From positions 1-24,790 of IMG/VR virus record IMGVR_UViG_3300032332_000233: a stretch of 24,790 nucleotides of DNA; one strand, 5' to 3'. Below, in pieces: positions 5,762-15,086 of this stretch. A program made the translations under genes and the position numbers. The stretch is from a virus (lineage: Duplodnaviria; Caudoviricetes). The notes below the pieces were generated by a model. The model was not told the DNA's origin and did not search any database. It worked only from the letters and a program-made list of their open reading frames with translations. Numbering within the stretch: the stretch's first letter is position 1; the number at the start of each line of letters is the position of its first letter.

Positions 5762-8532
5762 GCACTCAGCTCATTCGGCAGACGCAAGTCGACGTATCGG
5801 ATGGACAAATATTTATCGGCGCCAGCCGTCACGTCGTAGTACCCACCGGACTGGTTTGTTTCGCCGACTCCATACGATCTCAGTGGGATGTATTTTGTTG
5901 AAAGCACAGGAACGGCCTCGTTTGGTTGGCCGTTCTCGGCGTCGAAGTTGAAGCTATTGAAACCTCGTCCGCGCACATAGGTGGCCAGGTTTATTGCCGG
6001 AACATACCAGTAATCGTTGCCTCCGGCGTCCTGGTCCTTGTAGGCCGTCACACCGTTGGCGATCAGGATGTCGTGGCCAGCCTCCGAAACGTAGTAGGAT
6101 GGCAATGTGCCACCGGACTCTAAGCCTGTCCCGAACGTGAGCAGGTCGCCGACAGTGTAAAGGCTCGATGCATCGTAAATCGGGCAGACGCCCTGGCCTT
6201 GGCAAAGAGGCACCGCCCGGGTCCATGACCGGATGGTCCATTCCAGCAAGTTCCACAGCCAGGCCGACTTCGGGATCTTGTGGAAGAACGGGCCGCCACC
6301 GGGCTGGTACGGGTTCTCGATTGGGGCGTACGGAAGGAGGAATCCAACCTGCTCGACGCCACCCGTCCAGGAGATGGTCGTCATGTTGTCTCGGTAGGGC
6401 GGCGAATAGGTCGAGCTGGTGAACGGCACCGTCGAGGCGAATGATGCCTGCCGCTGGTCTTTGAAGATGTCGTCGGCGCCGGCATCGGTGAGGTCGACGA
6501 ATGACGAATTTGGCGCCTCGGGAACGAAAGCGAACTGTTGGGTTTGGTTGGGGCTGCCCGGGATCCTTACCGAAGCATCGGATCCATTCTGGCCGCCCCA
6601 TTTGTTGCGCCAGAAGTCGCCGCCCCAAGGCCTGTCGTCGGTACTGCCGGTGGCCATGTCGATCTGATAGGCACGAACCAAGTCGAAGTCGTAGATACTC
6701 GATGAAAATCCCCAAGGTCCACCAGGAGGGATGAAGGCCGAGTTGACCGCCTCGACCTGCTGGATTGATCCCGTGCTCGATGTGCAACTTCGGGCCGGGA
6801 GCACGTTGGCCCATTGCAAGGCCGTGGATGCCCCTGGGACTGCGAGGAGGAACGATTTGGTCCCTGATGTGAAACGGAAGTTTTGCCACGGTCCTACGCC
6901 AAAGCCGACGGGTCTGCTTTCAATCCAGAGAGTGCTGGTCTCTGCTGTGGTCTCGAAGTTGACCAGGAGGTTGCCGTCGATGCCGGTTGATGTGGAGCCT
7001 CTCACAGACAGCCCGGCAGGCGTCATGGTTACAATGCTGACCTTTTCCTCCTCAATATCGACCACCTCGTCGAAGGTGTTCAGGAATCCCAGCTCAACGG
7101 CCACCCGGCGCCGGAGGTCACGCATCGACTCGAAGATGGTGGGCTCATTGCCTGCCGACCATGTGACCGATCCGGAACCGATCCCCGGTGTCTCGGTGGT
7201 GTATTGCGCCGGATAAATTGTCGAGATCGTGGTTCCTGCCGTAGTGATCTCCCAGAACGGGTCGAAAACGGTGGTGAAGATGTTGGCGTCGATAGGGTAG
7301 ATCCGAATGGTGCCGCGGCGGCTGACCATTGTGATGTCGGTCGGGTTGACTGTCACATCCACACCTAAGTCCTTGATCTGCTCGGCGAAAGCGATGGTTC
7401 CGGTGAAGATCCTTATTTGATCGTCGAAAACATCACCGGCCGCGTTGCTGTAGGTCACCAGGGCACGGCCCCAGGTGAACACTGCGTTACCTATCGTGGT
7501 GTTTCCATTGGCCGGGTCGGCATAGACGCCGGAATAAACCTGCCGGATGTCGTATGGCAGCGACGGGTCATAGACGGCCTGCATCACCCGGCGCCATTCG
7601 TTGATGATGAATGGATTAGCGACGTTGTTAGCCTGGGCGGATCGTTCCAGGCTCAAGAACTCCGATTGGGTCGACGTGTCCGACCAGGATGGCGGGCCTT
7701 CAGCAAGAAACGGGATGTCGCCGGTGAAGTACGGGAAAAAGTAACGACTGAAAGATCCACCCGGGAATCGATATCCCCATGTTCCATCAGGCCGGCGCCG
7801 GAAGCTCCGGCATTCACCTGGTGCCACAAATTGCCTGTCCGAACTACCGTCGGGCAGTTGGAGAAACACCGTCACCGGCTTGTGGTTGCAGTTGTGAACA
7901 CGCCAGCAGTCGTACCGCTGGTGAGTGTTGAGGATCCTGAACTCGTTTGGTCCCTCAATAGCGATCTCAGCCACGGCCAGCCGGTGCTTGTGGATTCGAC
8001 CAGGAGGCAGTGTGGGGTCGATTGCTGCACCTAGGCTGCCCCGGACATAGGAGGTGCCGTTGCCGTCGTCCGGATCCCAGCCGAGGTGGATGTCGTACCG
8101 AATACCATTCACCTCCCGGGTCAACAGCTCAAAGCTGAAGTGAATGGTGCCTATGTCACAGGTGAACGGGTCGGCGCCTATTATCGGATGGTCGACGTAG
8201 ACCTGGCCGCCTTGGGTGTCGAGGTATTGATTCTCCAGCTTCGACAGCTCAATGGCCACCTGCGTCTGGTCGTGGTTGTCCCGGTAAATTGAGCCGATGC
8301 CGGGAATGCCTGTTCCCGGGTCTCTAAGGCGCCTACAAGAGGCCGGATCGTTCCGGAAGACGTACCATACCCCATACGGGTACTGGCCCTGCCATACGCC
8401 TGCTGCCGAGTTGGCGAACAACGGCGATTTGCCATCGAGCACCCGGGCACATTTCTGGTCGGCTCGGCCATAAAGACTGTTCAGGTTCCGGGCCGTGAAC
8501 ATCCGGTCGGTCCGACTGGTGGCGAATGGCAT
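5758..8532 (-). CDS. Large virion protein, probable tail tip / central fibre (924 aa)
   Basis: Long ORF rich in beta-strand-type residues, last in the tail operon. No family recognised; function from synteny only. Confidence 0.6.
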   Translation of the reverse strand: MPFATSRTDRMFTARNLNSLYGRADQKCARVLDGKSPLFANSAAGVWQGQYPYGVWYVFRNDPASCRRLRDPGTGIPGIGSIYRDNHDQTQVAIELSKLENQYLDTQGGQVYVDHPIIGADPFTCDIGTIHFSFELLTREVNGIRYDIHLGWDPDDGNGTSYVRGSLGAAIDPTLPPGRIHKHRLAVAEIAIEGPNEFRILNTHQRYDCWRVHNCNHKPVTVFLQLPDGSSDRQFVAPGECRSFRRRPDGTWGYRFPGGSFSRYFFPYFTGDIPFLAEGPPSWSDTSTQSEFLSLERSAQANNVANPFIINEWRRVMQAVYDPSLPYDIRQVYSGVYADPANGNTTIGNAVFTWGRALVTYSNAAGDVFDDQIRIFTGTIAFAEQIKDLGVDVTVNPTDITMVSRRGTIRIYPIDANIFTTVFDPFWEITTAGTTISTIYPAQYTTETPGIGSGSVTWSAGNEPTIFESMRDLRRRVAVELGFLNTFDEVVDIEEEKVSIVTMTPAGLSVRGSTSTGIDGNLLVNFETTAETSTLWIESRPVGFGVGPWQNFRFTSGTKSFLLAVPGASTALQWANVLPARSCTSSTGSIQQVEAVNSAFIPPGGPWGFSSSIYDFDLVRAYQIDMATGSTDDRPWGGDFWRNKWGGQNGSDASVRIPGSPNQTQQFAFVPEAPNSSFVDLTDAGADDIFKDQRQASFASTVPFTSSTYSPPYRDNMTTISWTGGVEQVGFLLPYAPIENPYQPGGGPFFHKIPKSAWLWNLLEWTIRSWTRAVPLCQGQGVCPIYDASSLYTVGDLLTFGTGLESGGTLPSYYVSEAGHDILIANGVTAYKDQDAGGNDYWYVPAINLATYVRGRGFNSFNFDAENGQPNEAVPVLSTKYIPLRSYGVGETNQSGGYYDVTAGADKYLSIRYVDLRLPNELSA

Positions 8533-8535
8533 GGG

Positions 8536-8739
8536 TCAATAGAACCAAGACTCCTCGGCTGTCTGGGTGACGGCCGGCTGCGTCTTCAGCACCGTGCCGT
8601 TTGCGTTCTGCTCTACACGCTGACCGGGGCCGGCGACGATCTGCACCCGTCGCACGGCCTCGATCAGTTGGTTAATGGCCCGGGCATGGTCTGCCTTTAG
8701 ACCGCGCTCGGATAGCTTGGCTGGCAGTTGTAAAGGCAT
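8536..8739 (-). CDS. Small tail-associated protein (67 aa)
   Basis: Tightly packed in the tail operon with 3-bp gaps; AINQLIEAVRR...GPGQRVEQNANGT. Confidence 0.65.
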   Translation of the reverse strand: MPLQLPAKLSERGLKADHARAINQLIEAVRRVQIVAGPGQRVEQNANGTVLKTQPAVTQTAEESWFY

Positions 8740-8742
8740 AGC

Positions 8743-9126
8743 TTACAGCTCGCAGAATTGAGCCATGATCTTCACCACGCCAGCGGTCGATTTGACCATC
8801 ATTGTCCAACCGGAATCCACACGGGGCAAAAGGCACATTTCTCCAGGTTGAATGCGGATTGGATAGACTATGTTTGGATAGATCACCGAGTCGTAGCCGC
8901 CAACCTGAACGCTGTTGATCGTGTCAAGATTGCGAATCAAAACACGGTAAGGCGCATTTAGATCAGCCGTAAGATCAAGTGATTCCGCAGACGTTGAAAT
9001 GTCCTGCGTCTGCTGGCCCATATCGGTGCCGGTCATGTTGGCCGTCACCGTGTAGGTCGTACCGTCGATGGTGGCCCCGCCCTTGGCGGCGAACAGCCTA
9101 GCCGACATTTGAACTTCGTTTGCCAT
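8743..9126 (-). CDS. Tail-region protein (127 aa), paralog of 9140-9505
   Basis: MANEVQMSARLFAAKGGA...MTGTDMGQQTQ...PY...NLD...RIQPGE...FCEL. Confidence 0.8.
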   Translation of the reverse strand: MANEVQMSARLFAAKGGATIDGTTYTVTANMTGTDMGQQTQDISTSAESLDLTADLNAPYRVLIRNLDTINSVQVGGYDSVIYPNIVYPIRIQPGEMCLLPRVDSGWTMMVKSTAGVVKIMAQFCEL

Positions 9127-9139
9127 GGCGGGTGGTTCG

Positions 9140-9505
9140 TTAGATTTCGCAGAAGGTGGCCTGCACGGTTACCGCGGCGGTATCGGCTCGGAAGTAGAGC
9201 GTTTGGCCCGAGGCAACGTAAGGGATCAGCATGGTCTCGCCGGCCGGGATTCGCATGGTGTAGGTGCCGCTAACGAATCCGAGATCGACGAAGTTGGTGG
9301 AGTCAAGGTTGCTCACCAGGAGCTTGTAGGGTGCGGTGACATCGACGGGCACATCCAAGGCCTCGACGGTGGTGCCGATCACTTGGGTTTGGCTGCCCAT
9401 GTCGGTGCCGGACATAGTCACGCTCTTGGTGTAGGTGACGCTGGGAAGGTAGGCGCCGCCTTTGGCTGCGTACAGCCGGGCTGTCATTTGGATTTCGTCT
9501 GCCAT
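9140..9505 (-). CDS. Tail-region protein (121 aa), paralog of 8743-9126
   Basis: MADEIQMTARLYAAKGGA...MSGTDMGSQTQ...PY...NLD...RIPAGE...FCEI. Confidence 0.8.
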   Translation of the reverse strand: MADEIQMTARLYAAKGGAYLPSVTYTKSVTMSGTDMGSQTQVIGTTVEALDVPVDVTAPYKLLVSNLDSTNFVDLGFVSGTYTMRIPAGETMLIPYVASGQTLYFRADTAAVTVQATFCEI

Positions 9506-9532
9506 AGATTGTGAGGGTGTTGTGGGTTGTTG

Positions 9533-10369
9533 TTAGATGATCGGGTAAATGTCGGTGTCGTACGGCGCGAACGTCCAGGAGATGTTCTGTTCCACCATGT
9601 TGGTCTTGACGATCAGGCTCGACGAATAGTTGGTCTGCTTCCAGCCCCATACCGTGCCGGCGGGCGCTGCAGGCCTTCCGGTTCTTGGATCAATAGGAAC
9701 GGAAGGCAGCATCGAGTAGACCGAAAAGGGAAGGTTCCATGCAACAATGAAGCTGGCCGGTGTGTAAACCGGAGGGATGCTCTGAGGCACCTGGGGAAGC
9801 CCTAGACTGCCCGAGAACATAGCCACACGGCTTAGGCTCACACGCCCCACCGGGAAGGAATCTTCGCCGCGGCAGAGTTTCTGGAAAACCTTTCTAGCCA
9901 GCGGCAGGTTTGCCAATGGCGAGACGTCGGTAAGTTGTTGGCCGCTGGCTACAGCGTCCTCAATGGTTTTCTTGTAGAAGGCTGGGTCACCTATCGACTG
10001 GGCCTCGTCGGCAACAGCAGGAAGCGCAAAAAGAGAGACGTCGAGGTAGTCCGTCCTGAACTCGTAGCGGATGTCCGGTGTCTCCTGACCGGCCACTGGT
10101 ACGGTTGCGGCATCTATCGGGTCGCCTGGGTCTGCTGTCGGGCCTGAGAAGATGACGGTGGCTGAGGCGTATGGGCCTTCCTCGTTGGTGCTGTACTTGG
10201 CGCCGATGCTCGACCAGTTGAGTGTGGCCAGCCGAATGGCATCCTTGGTGCCGCGGTACTCAATGGTCCACACCGGACCAGTGCCGGATCCGGTTTGATC
10301 GAATCTCCGGCTTACCTCGATGTATCCGGGAAAGTTTGCCAGCTCTGGAGCTTGGTGGATCGTTGCCAT
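9533..10369 (-). CDS. Putative distal tail / baseplate hub protein (278 aa)
   Basis: Directly downstream of the tape measure gene; function from synteny only. Confidence 0.55.
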   Translation of the reverse strand: MATIHQAPELANFPGYIEVSRRFDQTGSGTGPVWTIEYRGTKDAIRLATLNWSSIGAKYSTNEEGPYASATVIFSGPTADPGDPIDAATVPVAGQETPDIRYEFRTDYLDVSLFALPAVADEAQSIGDPAFYKKTIEDAVASGQQLTDVSPLANLPLARKVFQKLCRGEDSFPVGRVSLSRVAMFSGSLGLPQVPQSIPPVYTPASFIVAWNLPFSVYSMLPSVPIDPRTGRPAAPAGTVWGWKQTNYSSSLIVKTNMVEQNISWTFAPYDTDIYPII

Positions 10370-10372
10370 GGT

Positions 10373-11467
10373 TTATTCCTGAACGGCATCGGCCGTTCTC
10401 TTGGTGTTCTTGGCGATGTCCCGGATGTCTTGGGCTTGCGTCCTTACGTTGCCAAAGTAGCGGTCCATGTTCGACTGAAAAGCGGTGAATCCACCAGTGC
10501 GGGCGAGCTGGTCGCCGGTGGCTGACGATACCATGACCGTCTTAAACTTCTCGCCTTCGGGTTCAATCTGGCTTTGGCGCCTTGCTTCAGCGCTTCGTTT
10601 CGCGGCTTCCTTCTTAGCTTGTTCGTCGATGTCTGTCTGCTCGTATGAAGTGACAAACGCCTGTTTAGCCTGAGAAAACATGTGCTTGATGTTGTCCATT
10701 GCCTTCAGCTCTTTGCCTCCTTCTGGAGTTGCGGAAGCTAGGAAAAAGGCTTGAACAGCAGAGGTGACATGCTCAATTCCATTCAGCATCGGTTGAATGA
10801 TGCCTCCAATTACGGTTCCGATGCCTGCAGTGGTTTTTGCCTTTAGGATGTCCATTCTGTCGTTTGCGTCGTCCATTGCTGTGATGACCTCATTCGACAT
10901 GATGACGCCAAGGCTCCGGGCTTGGTTTGCTGCTTCGGCCAGTCCTGTCGCCATGGCTGGAATTAATGCGCCTGCGCTTTTGCCTGCCAGCTCCCGGAAT
11001 GGAGCAATCAAATTTTGAGGGTTGGCGTCTCCTTCAAATGCTCGGCCAATCTTCAGGAAGATGTCCTCGATCTTGGCCGTCTTGATCTCTTGTGCGGTGA
11101 TTCCAAATCTGGCGAATGCATCAAGAAGGCCTTGATCTCCACCAAGCGCCTTTCCTCTTGCTATGGTAACCTTTTCAAGCGCCGCGGCAACCTCCTCAAG
11201 GCTAGCCCCTCCAAGATCCGCAGCAAACTTCATTTCCTGCAGAAACTCGGCAGAGACTCCTAACTGGTTGGAAAGATCCTGCAGCTTTCCGGCTGTCTCT
11301 ATTGCTTGCATGCCGAACTGCGCCAATTTATCTACCGCAAAAATACCAGCCAGGGTGCCTGATATTTCACGTCCGACGCCTTTAGCCATCGACTGAGACC
11401 TCTTTAGGCCTGACTCAAAGTTGGTGCCATCGAGGCCGAGTTTTGCGAGTAGAGAGAAGATGGCCAT
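10373..11467 (-). CDS. Tail tape measure protein (short, 364 aa)
   Basis: N-terminal LLAKLGLDGTNFESGL; LQDLSNQLGVSAEFLQEMKFAADLGG; helical, Ala-rich; follows the tail tube and chaperone genes. Confidence 0.85.
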   Translation of the reverse strand: MAIFSLLAKLGLDGTNFESGLKRSQSMAKGVGREISGTLAGIFAVDKLAQFGMQAIETAGKLQDLSNQLGVSAEFLQEMKFAADLGGASLEEVAAALEKVTIARGKALGGDQGLLDAFARFGITAQEIKTAKIEDIFLKIGRAFEGDANPQNLIAPFRELAGKSAGALIPAMATGLAEAANQARSLGVIMSNEVITAMDDANDRMDILKAKTTAGIGTVIGGIIQPMLNGIEHVTSAVQAFFLASATPEGGKELKAMDNIKHMFSQAKQAFVTSYEQTDIDEQAKKEAAKRSAEARRQSQIEPEGEKFKTVMVSSATGDQLARTGGFTAFQSNMDRYFGNVRTQAQDIRDIAKNTKRTADAVQE

Positions 11468-11471
11468 GGTA

Positions 11472-12035
11472 TCAGTTCTTGATTGCTTCCTGCTGCTTCA
11501 TCCAGCGCCACAGGGCCTCGTCCTTCGGGCTCCATAGCTCGACATCGCCATGGGTCTCTGCACGGGCCAGGACAAGGCGCTCGGCATCACCGATAGGCAT
11601 GGCCAGCACAGTGTCCTCCTGCAGCCCTATCTCAAGGCAGCAGGCCAGCATCCGCTCAGGCCACGGCATCGAGAGCTGCCTGGAGCTGCCCTGTTTCATC
11701 AGGATTTCCGGCGCTGTCGACTGGCCGGCCATCCATTCGTTCCACTTGTCCAGCTCGGCATCGAATGACAGGCGCTTCACCTTCCATGACCAGGCCTTCA
11801 GAGCCAGATTGCGGAGGGGTGAATAGATCGCCGCCAGCGACTCCTGGATGGGCTGTGAACAGATGAGCACCGCGGTCATGAGATCCGCGCGGCCGACGTG
11901 GCCGCCGACAACCAGAGGCGAGCCGATGCGGTGAAGCACCAGTGAGTGCCCAACCGAATACGGCAACAGCCGGAGCCCCATGACCACCGGGCAGGGCTTT
12001 GCTGTAGCTGTCAGGATGTCGGCCAGTTGGCTCAC
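11472..12035 (-). CDS. Putative tail assembly chaperone (187 aa)
   Basis: Lies between the tail tube and tape measure genes; GTGA-coupled to the tube gene. Confidence 0.55.
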   Translation of the reverse strand: MSQLADILTATAKPCPVVMGLRLLPYSVGHSLVLHRIGSPLVVGGHVGRADLMTAVLICSQPIQESLAAIYSPLRNLALKAWSWKVKRLSFDAELDKWNEWMAGQSTAPEILMKQGSSRQLSMPWPERMLACCLEIGLQEDTVLAMPIGDAERLVLARAETHGDVELWSPKDEALWRWMKQQEAIKN

Positions 12036-12529
12036 AGGGTGGTTGCGACTCCGGTGACGGTGATGTTGAAGTACCGCTTCAAAGTGATCGTGCCGGTGGC
12101 CTTGCCGGTGGCCGTGGTCTTAATGGAACCACCGCCAGCATAGATCCAGCGACCGCCAGGGGTCGGTGAACCAGCACCAGGCGCATTGATGGCATCGGTG
12201 AACTTACCAGCGCGAATGACTGGAGCACCGGTGATTACGCAGGTTCCGTTCACATTCGGAAGCTGAGCCGACAAACGGGCATTTGCCACGCTGGTGGTGT
12301 CTGCCGGAATGAAGTTGATGGTCAGCGTCAATCGGTCGTTGTATCCGATGTGTCCAACCACCTCGCCGGAGCTGTTCCGAACTTCTTCGGTGTCGGCCTC
12401 ATGAGTCAGATCATAAGACTCAATATCTGGTGGAAGATATCCGGTTAGAATAGCAGAACCGTCTGAATCATAAAGAGCCAGGGTTGCCGGTGATCCGAAA
12501 ATGTATTTGCTGCCTTGTGATGTAGCCAT
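12032..12529 (-). CDS. Putative major tail tube protein (165 aa)
   Basis: Synteny and size; Thr/Gly-rich beta pattern (EEVRNSSGEVVG...LTLTINFIP...ATGTITLKRY). Confidence 0.65.
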   Translation of the reverse strand: MATSQGSKYIFGSPATLALYDSDGSAILTGYLPPDIESYDLTHEADTEEVRNSSGEVVGHIGYNDRLTLTINFIPADTTSVANARLSAQLPNVNGTCVITGAPVIRAGKFTDAINAPGAGSPTPGGRWIYAGGGSIKTTATGKATGTITLKRYFNITVTGVATTL

Positions 12530-12541
12530 GTGTGGTTTGGG

Positions 12542-13021
12542 TTAGAGGGTTGCGCTGCAGTAAAGGGTGAACGTCCTGGCGAAGTTCCGGGAGCGGTTGG
12601 AGATGGTGTTGCCACCAAAGTCGTTGGGAACCGCAAATTGCGCGGTGAATGGACCTGATGGGTCGTCTTCCGGAGCGTCGAGCACCGAGGCGCCACCGTC
12701 GTCAAACAACGGCTCCAGCAGATTGTCGAGCACCTGCATGGAACTCAGGATCTGGGATTCGCTGGTATCGTCCGCGGAAAACTGAAACTCCACCGAGACA
12801 TCGACTTCACAGGTGGTGTCGAAACGCTGCACCGGCCTGGTCGAACCAGCCTGCACCACGATGGGGAGGTCTGGCATAGTGTCCTCCTCGTCCGGATCGG
12901 TGAAAAGGCCGTGGCTATAGGACGTTAGGCAGGTTGGAACACCAGCACCCGATGCCGACCAGTCGGCGGCGGTCAGGTAATCCACCAGGGCTCTTTCGGC
13001 TCTAAGTGCTACGGCGTTCAT
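12542..13021 (-). CDS. Putative tail terminator (gpU-like, 159 aa)
   Basis: Acidic protein just upstream of the tail tube gene; the ERALVDYL...LPIVV...EVDVSVEF layout is typical of terminators. Confidence 0.55.
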   Translation of the reverse strand: MNAVALRAERALVDYLTAADWSASGAGVPTCLTSYSHGLFTDPDEEDTMPDLPIVVQAGSTRPVQRFDTTCEVDVSVEFQFSADDTSESQILSSMQVLDNLLEPLFDDGGASVLDAPEDDPSGPFTAQFAVPNDFGGNTISNRSRNFARTFTLYCSATL

Positions 13022-13815
13022 TTGATGTCGATGCCATTGTCCACCAAGACCTTACCGTTGGCTAGGACCGCCGCGGTCATGTGGTTGGTCATTTCAGCGG
13101 TCTCATCGTCGAGCGCCCTTTGCATGGCTGCATCGTAAATCGACTGCACGCGGCCGTGCTGGTTGTCAGCGATGCCGACAGACATGAAAACAGAGGCCTC
13201 TGGATTCCATCCTGGCGCAGCCTGAGTGCCTCGGGCTCTTGTTCCTTTGTGAACGGCCACGTTCTCCTCTGGCAGGCCGTATTGATTCGCCAATGCCACC
13301 AGTGCTGCGTTGGTGGCCTTCGACTCCTTGTAGCCCGGTGGTTTCACCAAAGGCACCCACTTTGGTTTCTTGTATTGGGTGAACCCACGGTTGTAGAGGC
13401 GGATGGCCTTGACCACACCGGAGCGGAGGTAGCCAACCGAACCGATAGCTTTCCGGTAGATGGCCGAGGCTGCGTCCTTCATGGCCTTGCCATAGAGACC
13501 GCGGCGCCCGGCTGCACGTTCCTTTGCCTGGGCGATCAGATGCACCCGACGCAACAGGCGAGACAGGCCGATGCGTTTGCCGGTCTTCTTGGATTTCCGA
13601 TTGATGTCTCCAAGCGGCTTTTTGAGATAGTCGCCAATGCGGGCACGCTCGGCGCTCGGGCTCTTGGGTGGAACCAAAACGAACAGTCGGACCATCAGGT
13701 AGAACATCCGGGAGTTAACGGCCTTGTGCAGGTCGCGCTCGGTGGCCAACAAATACGCCTTCATGGCCGCGTCAAAACGACTTGTGTCGACGTTCATGTA
13801 GATGCCCTGCCTCAT
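13018..13815 (-). CDS. Putative tail completion / neck protein (basic, 265 aa)
   Basis: K/R-rich; lies between the head-closure and terminator genes (gpZ / HK97 gp10 position). Confidence 0.55.
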   Translation of the reverse strand: MRQGIYMNVDTSRFDAAMKAYLLATERDLHKAVNSRMFYLMVRLFVLVPPKSPSAERARIGDYLKKPLGDINRKSKKTGKRIGLSRLLRRVHLIAQAKERAAGRRGLYGKAMKDAASAIYRKAIGSVGYLRSGVVKAIRLYNRGFTQYKKPKWVPLVKPPGYKESKATNAALVALANQYGLPEENVAVHKGTRARGTQAAPGWNPEASVFMSVGIADNQHGRVQSIYDAAMQRALDDETAEMTNHMTAAVLANGKVLVDNGIDIK

Positions 13816-14267
13816 TTGGTTTTCGCTCCTAGTTCGAGGCTGTAGTAGGCGCCGGAGGCATCCACACGGCAGGACAGGATCCGGAGGGTCCGGCCTTGAT
13901 ATACCAGCGTGCGCCCGACCACCGGACGCGGCTTACAGAAGGTGAGAGCGATCCGGTCGGTGTTCTCCAGGAGAACGAACCCGGAATCTTCACGCTGCAG
14001 CCTTGAGAAGGTCGTGCCCTGGTCGAGCGTGTACAGCGTCGAGTCCATTGTGACCAATGTGCTATCACAAGTCTTCCAGTCGGAGAACATGACCAGGATC
14101 CGGGAGGTCACGTTGTCCTGGAACCCACCGGCAACCGGGTTATTGGCGTCGGTGACGGCTGCCGGGATGCACCGGATCGACGTCCCCTCCCAGATAAACA
14201 TGGGCGCCCCCAGCATCTGCTGGAGAACTGCCATGCCCTGCTGGAGACTGGATCCGATGGTGGTCAT
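13812..14267 (-). CDS. Putative head-closure (gpFII-like) protein with an internal insertion (151 aa)
   Basis: Start MTTIGSSL (ATG 14267). C-terminal PVVGRTLVYQGRTLRILS...YSLEL is typical of head-tail joining beta barrels; synteny agrees. Confidence 0.6.
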   Translation of the reverse strand: MTTIGSSLQQGMAVLQQMLGAPMFIWEGTSIRCIPAAVTDANNPVAGGFQDNVTSRILVMFSDWKTCDSTLVTMDSTLYTLDQGTTFSRLQREDSGFVLLENTDRIALTFCKPRPVVGRTLVYQGRTLRILSCRVDASGAYYSLELGAKTK

Positions 14268-14268
14268 G

Positions 14269-14772
14269 TTAGGCGGTGAAGTAGACGCCGGAGACAATGA
14301 TTCGGGTCGTAGCTTGAACGTGGCCTGCCAGACTGCTGGTAGTACCCGTCTCGAAGGCAGACAGTTCGAGGTAGTTTGTTCCGCCGACCACCCGGGCGAT
14401 GATCATGGTCTTGGCCTGGTTGGTCGCATTGGTTAGCCACACGGCTGCCGCGGTGGTGTAGGTCACCGAATCGGGCAACGTCAGGCGAAGCTGGCCAGTA
14501 GCGGATCCGGCAACCGAGTTGACGGTCAGATCTGCGGTAAATGTGGTCACATACCCGATAGAAGTGTGGCGTGCCGTGTTAGTCGTGATGGCGTAGGTAC
14601 GGCCGCCGCCGGAGTCGGTCAGCGTAGGCACCCATGTCGATGGGGCTGCATCAATGGGCAGGTTGCCATACAGCTCGTCAAAGTTGTCGTTGATCTTCTG
14701 GCCGGCGCCCCGGAGCGTGTCCCCGGTGTTGTCGTTGGCGATGGTGCCGATGTTGATGATTTGCTGGGCCAT
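14269..14772 (-). CDS. Short fibre/spike protein with a T4 gp9/gp10-like N-terminus (167 aa)
   Basis: INIGTIANDNTGDTLRGAGQKINDNFDELY, followed by a beta-sandwich-like C-terminal domain (TWVPTL...IIVSGVYFT). Confidence 0.7.
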   Translation of the reverse strand: MAQQIINIGTIANDNTGDTLRGAGQKINDNFDELYGNLPIDAAPSTWVPTLTDSGGGRTYAITTNTARHTSIGYVTTFTADLTVNSVAGSATGQLRLTLPDSVTYTTAAAVWLTNATNQAKTMIIARVVGGTNYLELSAFETGTTSSLAGHVQATTRIIVSGVYFTA

Positions 14773-14776
14773 GATT

Positions 14777-15007
14777 TTATTCCTTAGGGAGAGCGTACCA
14801 ACCTTCTGCGAGCGTTATACGGTTCCTGGAGAGAACAGGAACACCGTCCGCTCCTTTGACCCAGACACGAGCTTTAACGCTCTCAGCGAGGCGCACAGGC
14901 TCGCCGTGGGGCACATAGACCACTCGGGTCTGACAGCCACAGCTAGACGCCAGAGCGATCAATGCGATCCAGCAGCTTTTGCTTAAGCTCGGTGTCTGGT
15001 TTGGCAT
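14777..15007 (-). CDS. Putative lipoprotein (o-spanin-like, 76 aa)
   Basis: Hydrophobic WIALIALASS followed by CGC (lipobox-like); overlaps the upstream small ORF in another frame. Confidence 0.55.
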   Translation of the reverse strand: MPNQTPSLSKSCWIALIALASSCGCQTRVVYVPHGEPVRLAESVKARVWVKGADGVPVLSRNRITLAEGWYALPKE

Positions 15008-15086
15008 CTTCGGCAGTGGGTTCAGTTTTAGCCAGGCCGGTCAGCCATTTCAGAATGGCCGTCACGATCTGCTCGATAAAGTTCAT
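14943..15086 (-). CDS. Small protein, possible i-spanin-like partner (47 aa)
   Basis: Hand translation MNFIEQIVTAILKWLTGLAKTEPTAEDAKPDTELKQKLLDRIDRSGV; ATGA overlap with the upstream gene. Confidence 0.55.
   Translation of the reverse strand: MNFIEQIVTAILKWLTGLAKTEPTAEDAKPDTELKQKLLDRIDRSGV

Noticed and set aside
5954-6889. 311-aa alternative-frame ORF inside the 924-aa gene
   Set aside because: Arg/Pro-rich composition typical of an off-frame read of GC-rich coding DNA.
11472-12035. Programmed frameshift in the tail chaperone (lambda G/GT type)
   Set aside because: A single ORF fills the whole space between the tube and TMP genes, and I saw no convincing slippery heptamer.
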